Source: Camelus dromedarius (Eukaryota). From it: DNA of 64,000 bases. This document shows positions 1 through 11,790 of this stretch, in pieces. The first letter of the stretch is position 1. Each line of letters begins with the position of its first letter. A program made the translations under genes and the position numbers. Location: the NCBI RefSeq assembly GCF_036321535.1, contig NC_087472.1, positions 92,382,001 to 92,446,000 on the forward strand, read 5' to 3'. The notes under the pieces were generated by a model that made no database searches, was not told the DNA's origin, and saw only the letters and a program-made list of their open reading frames with translations.

Positions 1-1066
1 AAATAAGGATTTTATTCTAAGTTCAGTGGAAGTCACTGCAATGAAATCGAAGAGACAAAATTTAATTATGGATTAAAAGGGAAGGAAACAGGGGTGTGGA
101 ACAAAAAGAAACCTGCAAGCCAAGTTTTTTAATTGAACCTCCACAGGGTGGATAATGGTATGATTTACTGAGCTGAGGAGGTCTGAAGGAAGAACATGTC
201 TCCAAAGAAGATCAAGAAACTAGCCTAGGATATGGAATTGGTTGCAACCTCTCCTGGAGAGTTAATAAAAGCATTTGTCAAGAGGCTGAAGGGTTATCTT
301 TTGGCCAACGATTTATCCCCGGTAAATAATTTAAACATTGAAGATGCTATCTGCACACAGATGGTTGTGGTTAAAACGTCAAAGCAATCTGAAAGGCAAG
401 TGTGGAAAATCGTGGAGTGACATGAATTACAGCCATTAAAATCATATTTAGGAAGGTCCATTTCAAGTTGGGAAAAATTTTAGGGTACTTAAATGAAATA
501 AAGACTTATTTATGTATTATATATTACATTTATTAATTATATATTTTACCTATTTATACTTTTTTATTCCAACTACAAAAATTAGCTGTATACATGGAGT
601 AAGAATGGTAATTATAATATCACACACGCATACACACACACAGACAGACAGACATCAACTAGGATGATAGGATGTTAAGGGTGATATTTTTCATCTTTGT
701 TAAAACCCTTTAATTCCGTGCCTGTGCTTGTGTATACATGCACACGCACACACATGCACTCTCTCCTTCTTGCAGGACATTCTCTTTTGGCTGAGCACTA
801 TCCATTCAAATATATTTTTTGTCCTTTCTCCAGGCTAGCATCTTCTAATGGCAATCATGTTAAGTCAAAGGGTAACTGTACTTTCATCTGGCAGACAGGT
901 CAAAATATCAAGGAGTCTTAATTCTTAATTTAATGTCTGTGTTCTGGTATGTAGCGAAAAGATGAAGGACTAAACATTGCACAACTGGAAGGGAAACCTC
1001 ATCACCCTGCCACTCAGTTTTCTTATCTACAGTCTGGTAAATCAGGTTAGGCTGCTGTTCACTCAC

Positions 1067-1169
1067 CCTTACGTCTGCCACTGAGGTCCGCTCAGTTAGT
1101 TTTATCCTCAGGTAACTCTTGAAACTTTATGTCAGTTTTGATCATTTGTTCCTCATTTCTCTGTTTCCT
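1067..1169 (-). other. Weak candidate exon with a terminal coding segment (RKQRNEEQMIKTDIKFQELPEDKTN*, codons 1169-1092)
   Basis: Minus-strand acceptor ttatttttaccatatggtag and donor G|gtgagt; only one frame stays open for long (25 codons to TGA). Peptide not recognised. Confidence 0.15.
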
Positions 1170-3824
1170 CTACCATATGGTAAAAATAAATTACCCTAGA
1201 AGTTAAATCGCAAGTAGAATGAATTGGGACAAAGGGTAAAAAATGAGGACAGTAGATGTAATAATTACAACTCTTCACCAAATCAATAAAGTCTATGTCC
1301 CAAAAGTTACATCTTAAGAACTTCAAGCTCTTTCCATTAAAATCTGCGCCAACATGAATATATACTCAATACCAAAACGGAGAATTACCACCCAAGTTAT
1401 AAATAACTGTGGGTTAAAGAAATTGAACATTTATTTGATGGTATATCAAATGCTTTATACTGCTTCTGCCCAAAATTTGACTACAATGTCAGGGTATGAA
1501 AAATGTTAATGCATACTTTTTATTCAAACCAATTCATTTTCACTCCAAATTTAAATTCAGTGATTATGCAGGATAGAAACAGTAGAAATAATTTTTGAAA
1601 TGAGCTCAGAAAGTATGGTATCATGTGGAAAACGAAACTTCAAATAGAATTCGCTATTTTATGGTGGATATGAGCTGTACTTTTTGTTAGAAACAGAAAA
1701 GGCTTACACCATAAACCCTTTGAAGAGCTGCCAAATTAGGGTCATAGAAGTCTGAGCCTAGAGCTGATAGCAAAGGAAATCCAATTTGAGTCTGACAAAG
1801 AGAAGCTGAGGTCTCATATGTGCAAACTTTATGGGATAGAGGATGAAGGAGGAGAGAAGAGAATTACTACATATTTACCATCAGTATACTGCAAATGGTG
1901 TTATGACATCAAGTAACTCCTTTGTTTGCATTCCTGCATTTATTAAGTCCCACGGAAGAACTTAAAGACGGCATCTGTACTATGACCAGCAGACTTAGTT
2001 TAATAAAAATATGTCATTTCCAAACCTGACATCCATTTACACTATATCCTATAACAGGAAGGAAACTCAAAGAGCGCCTCTTGAATTATGCCCACTATGT
2101 TTATTATTTCTTCTTAAAATAGCCCATAAATGCTAATAGCTTCTCCATGTGGGAATGTTATTACAATTAGAGTACTTGATTGGAAACAGGGTACACAGAT
2201 TTAGGAACAATTTTATTTCTAAAAAGAAAACTTCGGCTTTGTTTTATTTGATTACTTAAGCAAAGCTTATAGTGATACCTGTTTAGTAAAAGTCAAATAT
2301 CAGGAGGCCAGAGTGGACCCCAGCCTATGTGAGTTAGCTGAACAAAGTTCTGTAAAATAATTTAAAACTTCAAGGGCATTAATGGGATAAAACTAAAGCA
2401 CCACACGGAGGAACATGAAGATAAATTGATTTTAATTCCTGGGATAAAGTTTTAACCTTCTTTCTTTATGAATAGGAATTCGTTCAAGCTGTTTTCCCTT
2501 ACCCAATAGCATTCATTGTTATTCCCTGTTTTGTCTTTTTTTAAACAAAAATGTGGCGCAAGAAGACTTCTTAAGGCAATTACATGTAGCTTTGCTGTCA
2601 CTTGCTGTAAGTCATGTGTACTAAGCATTACTAAAAGAGAATTTCCCCCCTAAATTTGCTCTTCTGTGCAAAGTGCTATCATTGACAAGTGACAAAGGAC
2701 ACAAGAACTATTCCAAAATTGACCCTCAAATGAACTGGGAAAACCCCAGTTCAAGGACTGAATTTAAATGCTGAGTATAATAAAGGCTTTCATAAGTGCT
2801 GTCAAAGGAATTTCTGTTCTATTAAAACAACTGAAGGATACATTGCTTTCTGGAAATACTTCTATTCTTCTCCGTCACCATTAAACATACTGCTCTCAAA
2901 ATAAATTCTCCCAAGACTAATTTTCTTTATAAAATTTATAGCCGGAGAAGTTGTGGCAACATGTTATCATAAAATAAACCATGAAGCTCTCTGCAAAGGA
3001 ATAGTAAGTCAGCATTCTAGCAGTGAAAACTTGGCAGCAAAAAAAACAGATCCCCTGAGGAATTGTGTGAGAAATTTTGATGGGTTTAAAACATGCTGCA
3101 TGACATATGGTATATATTTTTAACACATATAATAGGAGAAATAAATTGGAAGAAGCATCTAAGCATTAATCCTCTAACTCCCACATCTCGTCCCATCCTT
3201 TAGGGATTTATCTCTTTCAGTTTGTCATGGTAATGTAAGCATGAAAGGATCTTTTCTATCTTCTGGAATTCAACTTTAGAAAGGGAGATAAAATGTCACT
3301 ATTATTTATCTGCATCGTTTAAGATGCTGTTTTTGTACAGAACCGAGAGATGTAAATAGATAAATGCAGCAACCTCAATGTACAAGCTGTTGAACGGAAA
3401 TCAGTTTCACCAGTATTTTTTATCAGTGCTAATATCTTTCCATGCACTCAAATGATGTAGTGCATCAGGGTAGAGTTTGCCAAAAAAAATTTACTTCTGA
3501 ATACCCTGATGCTAACAATATAACTAGATAAATTGCAAACACTTTCAGAAACATACTAGGCTTGCTCTTCTAAAAGGAGGGAATAATTTTTTTAAATGTC
3601 TTTTTGCCTTCTACTTTTTCAAAGTATTTCTGTAAGCAGTTCAGGATTCATTTCACATACTGCAAAAAAATAACTCTGTATCTTCTAAATTTATTACCCT
3701 CTTATTTCATTCAGTTGGTGAGGAGATACAGAAACGGGCAATTCTCTCATATTTATCATTATCACAACAACAGACACCATATAAACATATAGTAGCTTCA
3801 TATTACACATGTGGATATGAAGTC

Positions 3825-3968
3825 ATTCCACCTCTCTAAGGTCTCAAAAAGGGAAGTGAAAAAGTACCCATCTCATGGTGTTGTTTTCAGGATTAAAGGA
3901 GTTAAGCTAGGCAAATACTTAGCATAACATCTGGTATATTATAAAAGTTGCCAATAAGTATTAACTAT
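3825..3968 (+). mobile_element. MIR SINE fragment (3' half)
   Basis: catctcatggtgttgttttcaggattaaaggagttaa...cttagcataacatctgg resembles the MIR core and tail. Confidence 0.7.
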
Positions 3969-4025
3969 CATCACCATTATCACATCATCATCGCCAACAC
4001 CATCACCACCACCATCATCATCATC
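3967..4025 (+). repeat. (CAT/CAC)n trinucleotide microsatellite
   Basis: atcatcaccattatcacatcatcatcgccaacaccatcaccaccaccatcatcatcatc. Confidence 0.85.
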
Positions 4026-4134
4026 TATACAAACAAGACCTTGTGGAACTGAGCTTCATCCATGAGAGGTTACCCCTGGATAAATGGCCCAGTGTTCAGC
4101 ATGCTGAAGTGTCTGTGACCAAACTATCGGACTA

Positions 4135-4235
4135 CTTATCATAGTGCTTACAAGGCCAGCATTATCTTCATTGTACAGATGGAAAAACTGAGGCTTCAGA
4201 AATGAAAGGATTGGGTGGAATTTAATGAAATCAAC
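4135..4235 (-). mobile_element. MIR core fragment
   Basis: cattgtacagatggaaaaactgaggct is the reverse complement of the MIR core. Confidence 0.65.
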
Positions 4236-5837
4236 AACTGATTGACTTTCCTCTTTGATGCTGAGTCTTACATAGGAGGCTGTGTATTGCCTTTGATATT
4301 CGCTACGGAAGTTTAAACTAATATTTAGAAAAGTTGCCATAACAAAACTGTTGTCCCTTTTAGTTGATTTATTTGTATCATTTTACCCCTGATATTATTG
4401 TCATTTACTATTTCATCACACGTGGTTTTAAGGTGAGCAGCCAAAAATCATTTGTGAAAAGGGGGAATGAATACATTAATTCATTAGTTAATCAAATCAT
4501 ATATTTTTAAAGGAAGATGATGCTGGCTTGCAAAGTAAAATGTAGAAAGCTTTCAGAGGAGATTAGATTAGAGGCCATGAAAATAATTAAAAGATTATTT
4601 GAGAAATTTTAGCAAGTTGATATGGGAGTGGGTAGGCTGAAGGTCATGTGAGACCCTTCAAAGGTGATGAATCAGTTTTGGGAACATTGTAGGAGCTTAA
4701 TAGAAGTTTGGTGAAAAAAAGGAAGGGGAGGAGGGATGATTCAGTTAGATGATTAAACGGGTCAGGAAGAAGGAGGAGAAAATATTCAAAATGATTTTAT
4801 TTCCCCTAAATAACAAATAGACTATAGAATTCTGCTCCAAACTAGAAGTGGAACTGAAGAAAACAGCATTAGAAGAGTAAACATTATGACTGTCCCTTAA
4901 CAGACACACACACACAAATATCTTCATTATTGCAAATGCAAAAGGTTGAGTTCACTTCTTATGAAAAGCAGTATTCTAACAGTAAAAACATCTCCAAAAA
5001 TTTTTTTTGATCTAATGACATAATCTCAGAGGGCAGTAGGGTCTTGTTTTTAGAAAACTGAGGTTCATTTTAAGAAAGAAAATTAAAGATAAGATGAACT
5101 AAGAAATTATAATACTTTTCTTATTACTCTCAATATGAGGATAAAAAATGAAAAGCAGCTAAGTCAGACATATATCAACAGACACACTTTTATTTTTAAG
5201 AACAATTCCTAGTTTCAGGCTTTTTCCTCAGACATGATATTTTCGATTAAAATATCAATTGCATCTTTTGTGGTTTCACAGCAGCATAATGTCTTGACTC
5301 CTGTCACTGTCAAGCTGCCAACATCAATTTTATATTTATTTCAAGGTGACTTTGGAGTATTTCATCTGTCTTATATATAATTATTCTGCTTTCCATTCAG
5401 TAGTCCACCGTATAAATGGACGCACCTGGAACTGGAACATTTCTTTTCTCCATGAATATCATCTCATAACTCTCCTATAGTTTTAAAACATTTTAAACTT
5501 GTGCACTCTCTCTCTCTCTCTCTCACAGACATACACATGCATACACCAAAACATTTGTACATGTACTTTCCATTTTGCAATGTATATAAATGTTTCATAG
5601 ATGTCTCTTAGTAGAATATCATAACCACAAACATAAATCATAAACACAAAATGTTGCTTGAATATATTACGTTTTTAAGGATGGTAGCGTTTGTTCTATT
5701 TATTCCTTGCTTAAGAGAGGACTCCTATATCTTTTCCCAGGAAATATATCCAATATAAGCAGCTATTCTTTTTTTGTTTTTTGTGTTTTTTATGGTATAT
5801 TTATCAAGGATTTAATGGACAAACCATATCACATGGT

Positions 5838-5975
5838 ACACAAAATATTTCAGAAAACATAGGAGAAAGAACATTTTCCCACTGATTTTTTGGAGTTCAA
5901 CATAATCCTGACACCAAAATTTGGCAAGGACCTTAAAAGAAAAGAAAAATAGAATACCAATATCCATCATGAATG
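5838..5975 (+). mobile_element. Old L1 ORF2 fragment (start of RT region), decayed
   Basis: Degenerate match to the L1 ORF2 segment [39 protein letters not shown]. Confidence 0.7.
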
Positions 5976-6122
5976 ATAAGCAGCTCTTCTTTGTTCAGAT
6001 TCACTTAAGTTTCTGGTTTCTTTTCCTACAGTGTCTCTGGGCTTATGATAAACTCTGGAGAAATACTCATTGATCTTTCTCCCTGTCTCTACCCTTTTAT
6101 ATCCAGTCTAAGTTCAGTGATA

Positions 6123-6476
6123 CAGTTGACCCTTGAATAACACAGGCTTGAACTGTGCAGGTACTTTTTTTAAATATATATTTTTATTGAAGTACAGTCC
6201 ATTTACAGTGTGTCAGTTTCTGGTGTACCGCATAATGCTTCAGTCATACATGAACATACATATATTTGTTTTCATATTCAGTATCTTGCAAGTACATTTA
6301 TATGCAGAGTTTTTCAGTAGTACATACAACCATAATACATGATCCATGTTGGCTGAATCCCAGGATGTGGAACCGTGGATATGGAGGGCCAACTATGAGT
6401 TATACTCAACCACTGACTGCGCTCAGAGGGCTGGTGCCCCTAACCCTCCACCCCGTCATTGTTCAAGAGTCAACTG
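6123..6476 (+). mobile_element. Tigger2/MER8-like Tc1-mariner MITE, interrupted by an L1 3' end
   Basis: TIRs cagttgacccttgaa...ttcaagagtcaactg, each flanked by TA (6121-6122, 6477-6478). Confidence 0.85.
6165..6286 (-). mobile_element. 5'-truncated young L1 3' end
   Basis: Poly-T followed by tttattgaagtacagt...catgaacatacatatatt; TSD tgcaggtac (6156-6164) / tgcaagtac (6287-6295). Confidence 0.8.
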
Positions 6477-6879
6477 TAATTTCCCATTGTAGGTGAGGTT
6501 TTTATCATCCTACCTTTTAAATTGCTCACTATAAGCCCAATTGCTTTATATCAAAACATTACCAAATATGATTTTCATTGATATCATAGATTCAATTGCA
6601 CCTGTTCACCTTTCACTTCAATGCTTGCTATTTTTCCTAAAGTCTCCTAAATAATTTACTCCCCACCACAAATTCATAGCTTCACTTTTAATCCTTGATA
6701 AAGGTCATAGTTGCTTTCATCTGAATTGTCTAGTCTTTCCTTTCCTGATCCCCTAACTGGACTCATCTACTATAATCACATGAAATGAAGTGCCCCAAAT
6801 CTCCAGCTTTATCAAACACTTTTAATTACTTAATACTTTCGATTCTAATGTCTTTGACAATTAGGATCTAATCAGTCCT

Positions 6880-7008
6880 CTTGTTGCTCTCCATTTCTTC
6901 ATGTGTAAAGAGAAAATAATAACAGTACTAATCTCACAGGGTTGTGGTCCTGATTCAATGAGGAGTTTGACAAAATGCTTGCGTTGGTCCCTGCCACACA
7001 CTAAGCAC
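6880..7008 (+). mobile_element. MIR fragment
   Basis: catgtgtaaagagaaaataataacagtactaatctcacagggttgtg matches the MIR core. Confidence 0.7.
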
Positions 7009-7072
<64 letters not shown>

Positions 7073-7090
7073 TACACATATATATATATA
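7009..7090. repeat. (TA)n/(CA)n microsatellite
   Basis: Direct inspection. Confidence 0.95.
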
Positions 7091-8379
7091 AGCTGCTATT
7101 ATATTGCCTTCTTACTATTAATTATTTTGGGCTTCCTAACAAGTTTCCACAGACTACTTATCTTTCATTGTCATGCCTGTACATTCTTTCGCTCAATCTG
7201 CTGACTTCTGTTATCCAAATCTTAACTCTTTCTGTCCAGTATGTTTTTGTTACTTATTGCATTGCTTTAGACTATTTTTAATCTGTTTGCTTAGATCACT
7301 ACCTATTTTAGAATGTAACACTCAGAAAAATTTTGAAATCTCACCACCTCCTTACCTAACATGACGGTTTTAATCATAAGGGCAATATCTTCCTCTTATC
7401 CATCTTGTCATATAATTCATACTTTCCTACATTTCTTTGATTGGGGTTATCCACTTTTACAAACATTAGGTAACTAATAACTGTCTTAGACATGTTAGTT
7501 CACTTTCTTATTGTCTCCCACAGAGGTAAGCTCTCTTGGATGATGGATAATGACTGACATTATTTTTCAATTACTTAAATTCTGATTTTGAACTATAAAA
7601 TATAGCTACTTTCTGATGATTGTAGTGCATTTTAACTTGCAAGTTTATACAACATAGGAAGCATTTACTAGATCAATTAAAAACTGCATTAATCCTAACA
7701 TAAGAGCTCACAAAATGACATTAAAAAAGCAGTGAATATAAGAAGATAATCAATATAGTAAATAAAATAACTTTCTTCTTGGCACATGAATAATTTAATG
7801 TGATTTCTATTAAAAACACACTAGATTTTTCCAATTTGAATCTTGCAGATTGAAATAAAAACATATCAAAGTATGCAAAGCAAGTCATGAAAATTTCAGT
7901 ATGATAATGAGTGATTTTAAAATGACACAAGATTTTGCAATCTACAATGTTCTTTAAAAGTGGATGGAAATACACAGTGCATCAAGTGCGGAAGTTTGTT
8001 TAATAAAAAGTGAAGAACCACAACAATAAAAAAAAAAGAAAGAAAAAAGTCATGTTTGCCCAACAAAGAAGATAAACAAGAGCAACATTTTTGGGGGAAT
8101 TTTGTTTGAATTTCCCTAAATAACTGGTATAATTGACTATTTGTTTATTTATTTATTTAATCAGACCTATGAATTTTTTATTTCCCTTTATGTCCTGGCC
8201 ACTAGGAAACTCAAAAAAGATATCTGGTGCTCAATTGCCAAAACCACATCAGCAATCTTGTACACTATTTTTGTTTCTATCTTTTCTCCATGGCCATGAT
8301 TTCCTATTTTGATTACCATACTGTATACATGTTTAAATGAATCCATTCCCAAACCATTCCAGAGTCACTAGAGACCTAC

Positions 8380-8905
8380 TTGACCTGTTCCACCCCAACC
8401 CTGTTTCTCTCATCTCATCTTCAAGCATTGCACCTATAAACTCATATCACTCTTTGCTGTTTCTTAGATACAAAACATGTTTTCACTGCAGGTCTTTGCA
8501 TTTGCTATGTCCTGCCTGTGATTTTCTTTTCTCCATAAGACTACACTGCTTGCCTCTTCACTTCTTTAAATTTTCTGAAAAGTCATCCTATCAGAGGTGT
8601 CATCTTTGACCTCCTCTAATACAATATATAATCTATAGCTATGCAGATATATATAGATATGGATATAGGTAAGTTAGGCGTAATATAAATGTATCTGCCC
8701 ATCTCCATGTGTACACTGTACTCTTATCTTCTATACATTATTTTTCTTTACAGAATTATCACTACCTAAACCATAAGCTCCATTAGAGTTAGGATTTTCT
8801 TTTGTATTTGTTGTTTCTTTGCTCCATTCTATTAGCAGTGCCTTAAACACAGAAGACGGTCACGAAATATTTGTTGAACATAAGGATAACTAAATAAATG
8901 AATAA
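8380..8905 (+). mobile_element. L2 LINE 3' region fragments
   Basis: ggtctttgcatttgctatgtcctgcctg... and tail taagctccattagagttagg...aaatatttgttgaa. Confidence 0.7.
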
Positions 8906-10869
8906 AAGATATGGAATCTAGACACATGAATTATATGCACTGATTTATCATTGTAGGAAAAAACAATGTAAATTCAAAAATAGCAAATGTTCTAATGCTT
9001 TGTCTTTCAAGATACAAATTAACATCAACCTAGTTGTAAAACAGAGGTTATAAAATCCAATTTAATTTTGTCTCCTTGCTATTTCACCTTAATTTAACTT
9101 CCTTCCTAATTTTACTTTCCTGACTTTGAATCATTCCAGAAAACAAATGATCCAAAATAAATGTTTCCTGGGTTAGAATTAGCATGGCTCTTAGGAAAAG
9201 TAATGCATTTCTCACAAGTGAGAAGGGACCAAAGTGGCTTAAACAAAGCCAGGTGCCAGGTAAAATGAGGGATTCTCATTAACAGGCTTGTTTTGTCTGA
9301 TGGGGGATTTTGGAGTCCTGAGATTTTGTAATAACATTATCTGTTATAGGAGATTAGGCAAATGAGAGCCAATTAAACTGCTGGACAACAGCCAAAGTGC
9401 CATTGCCCACACATATTGGAGTTTACTTGAAAGTATCAAAGGAAGCCCCTGGTCTCAGCTGAATACCTTTCTTTTTCCTTGTGGAAAGCTTCTTATTTTT
9501 AATGATACAATGCAGAGAAATAAATCTTAATATTTTAGATACCATGCAAAAGAAGAAATGAGAGAACAATACTTCAGAAGAGACAGAAATGATGATGAAA
9601 TGGCCTCTGGTGTTATTTGAGGGGAACTCATTCTCTACTTTGAGTTCCAAATGCTAAAAGGTAATGAAAGGCCTCAAAGGAATAGCATTTGCAGCACTCA
9701 GTAAACGCGCCCTCTAAAACCTTATCCATAAGCCACAGTTTAACGGTTTAACAGTTTATTGCCTTCTTCATTTTTTCCCAAAAGGTGAGAAGCACTGAAT
9801 GATGCCCATCCTACCCTCATATGAATTCAGTAACTTGGACATCACCAGGATGCTCACCAAGAATCTTTCATTATTCAGCCAAATTGTTGTCATTATTTCT
9901 ATTTCTCGATTGTGGTTTTCTTTTTTACTCCCTTTACTTCTGTTTCCTTAAGCAGCATGGTGAATGCAAGTGACAGGTGTGGTAATGAAACGAAGACCAA
10001 TGAAAGAGAAAAATGTCATCTTCTCATTAATAAGATCTAAGTTGTGGTACACTGAGGGGAAACGTGAATCAGCAATTCCTATGTACAACTAGAGCCTATG
10101 TATCTAAGTTATGTCACTTGTGCATGATTTTCTAAATTATTACATGAAAACAATCACTTCAACACCTCAAGGAAAGAGATGTCATATAAAATTTCTTATG
10201 CAACATTATACACTACCAATTAAAAACATTTTGATGTAAACTGGTTATAAATGGGAATTCCTTTATCTTTATTTCTTATGTCTTCTCTTTATTTCACTGT
10301 CTTACTTATACATACTTTTCAAAAATACCATTCAGCATTAATCAGAAAAATTAGCCCATCAGGGTATTCTAACTATAACAAAAATGTTTCCACATTCATA
10401 TTAGATTTTGACTTGTTATTCACTCTTTTCATACTCTGAAACCCATTTTTCACTATCCTATAATTGTTACAAGAAATACATATTTTAATCATTGTTTTGA
10501 AGAGAATGTAAGTCTGATTCATATATTGCTTAATAATTGGAAAGTGGTTAAACAACTGAGACTTTGATGCAAAAAAATTTTTTTAATGTAACAGACTGCT
10601 GTCAGTGTTAATGGGATGTAAACTAGACGCTGTAATGAATGATTGCATTCCTGGGTCACAACATCCTCTCCGTAATCACTTAACATATATTAACCAGGCA
10701 GAAACTATCAGATGATCTCAGTATGATGTCAAAATATCTGTGAAAACTTTTCTTTCTCCTTTTCATGTTCACTATTACCAGATTCATAATAAAACAAAAA
10801 GGAATTCTGGCTAAATGCACCCTTTTATTCCCAGACAGAATCTTAGAATCTATACTTACCTCTAATACC

Positions 10870-11063
10870 TTTGGTTTTTAATTAGTTTTAGTAGAAAGAC
10901 ATACAATAAGATATAAAATGTAGAAGGTATGAAAGTGTTTAAATTTAAATGTTAGTCTTCTTCCCACTCCTACCTCCCCAACCAACCAGTCTCATTCCCT
11001 GGAGGCAACCTCCTCAACCAATTTCAAGAATAGAGAGGCCAGAGATAGTCTATGCTCATCATA

Positions 11064-11098
<35 letters not shown>

Positions 11099-11790
11099 CG
11101 TGCACGCGTGGCCACGCGCCTAAGCATATTCTTTTCCCTACAGTTGGTAGCATATTATATGCATTTTTTGCACCCTCTGCTTTTTCATTTAACAATGTAT
11201 TTTCGAAGTCTTTTCATAAGAGTACAGTTAGAATTGTCTCTTTTTTCTTCATACGTGAATGGTGCCCACTGTGTGGATGAATTTTTTCAACCAGTCCTCT
11301 GTTGATCCATATTTAAGTAATTTCAAATCTTATGCAATGCAGAAGACAATGAATGTACACACACATGCACATACAGCACAGATGAGTGTATCTGCAAGAT
11401 AAATTCGAGAATTGCTGACTCAAAGAGTATGTGCCATTTTGGTCTTGATAGATATTGCTAAACTGCTCTGCATATAGGCTGCATCGATTAAACCCCCACC
11501 AGCAATGTATGAGCAACTGATTCTCTATACCCTTGCCATTTTTTAACTTTGTTAACCTGATAGGTGAAACTTTTGTTTCTATGTATTTCTTTTATTATGA
11601 AAGAGGTTGAATATTTTCACGTATTTCAAAACCAATTGACTTTCCTTTCCTATGAACTGCTTATTCATATAATATATCCATTTTTGTATTGAATTGTTGG
11701 TCTTATTGATTTCTAAGAGCCTTTTATACGTCCTTTATATTGTTGGTGATATGAGTTGCACAAACTTTCTATTTCTTTGTGTTTGCTTTA
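10870..11790 (-). mobile_element. Ancient L1 (L1ME-like) 3' region
   Basis: gaattgctgactcaaagagtatg, gatagatattgctaaactgctct, cccaccagcaatgtatgag are typical antisense L1M 3' motifs. Confidence 0.8.
11064..11118. repeat. (TG)n(CG)n alternating purine-pyrimidine tract
   Basis: gtgtg...gtgcgcgcgcgcgtgcacgcgtggccacgcg. Confidence 0.95.

Noticed and set aside
1741..1915. About 58 open codons on + (…LIAKEIQFESDKEKLRSHMCKLYGIEDEGGEKR…)
   Set aside because: No convincing splice sites or start context, and no recognised homologue.
6901..7281. 126-aa ORF, one of the longest in the track
   Set aside because: Made of MIR sequence plus (TA)n translated as YIYI; not a gene.
10949..11516. Cluster of ORFs including CVCV/HTHT runs
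   Set aside because: Inside a decayed L1 and a dinucleotide repeat.
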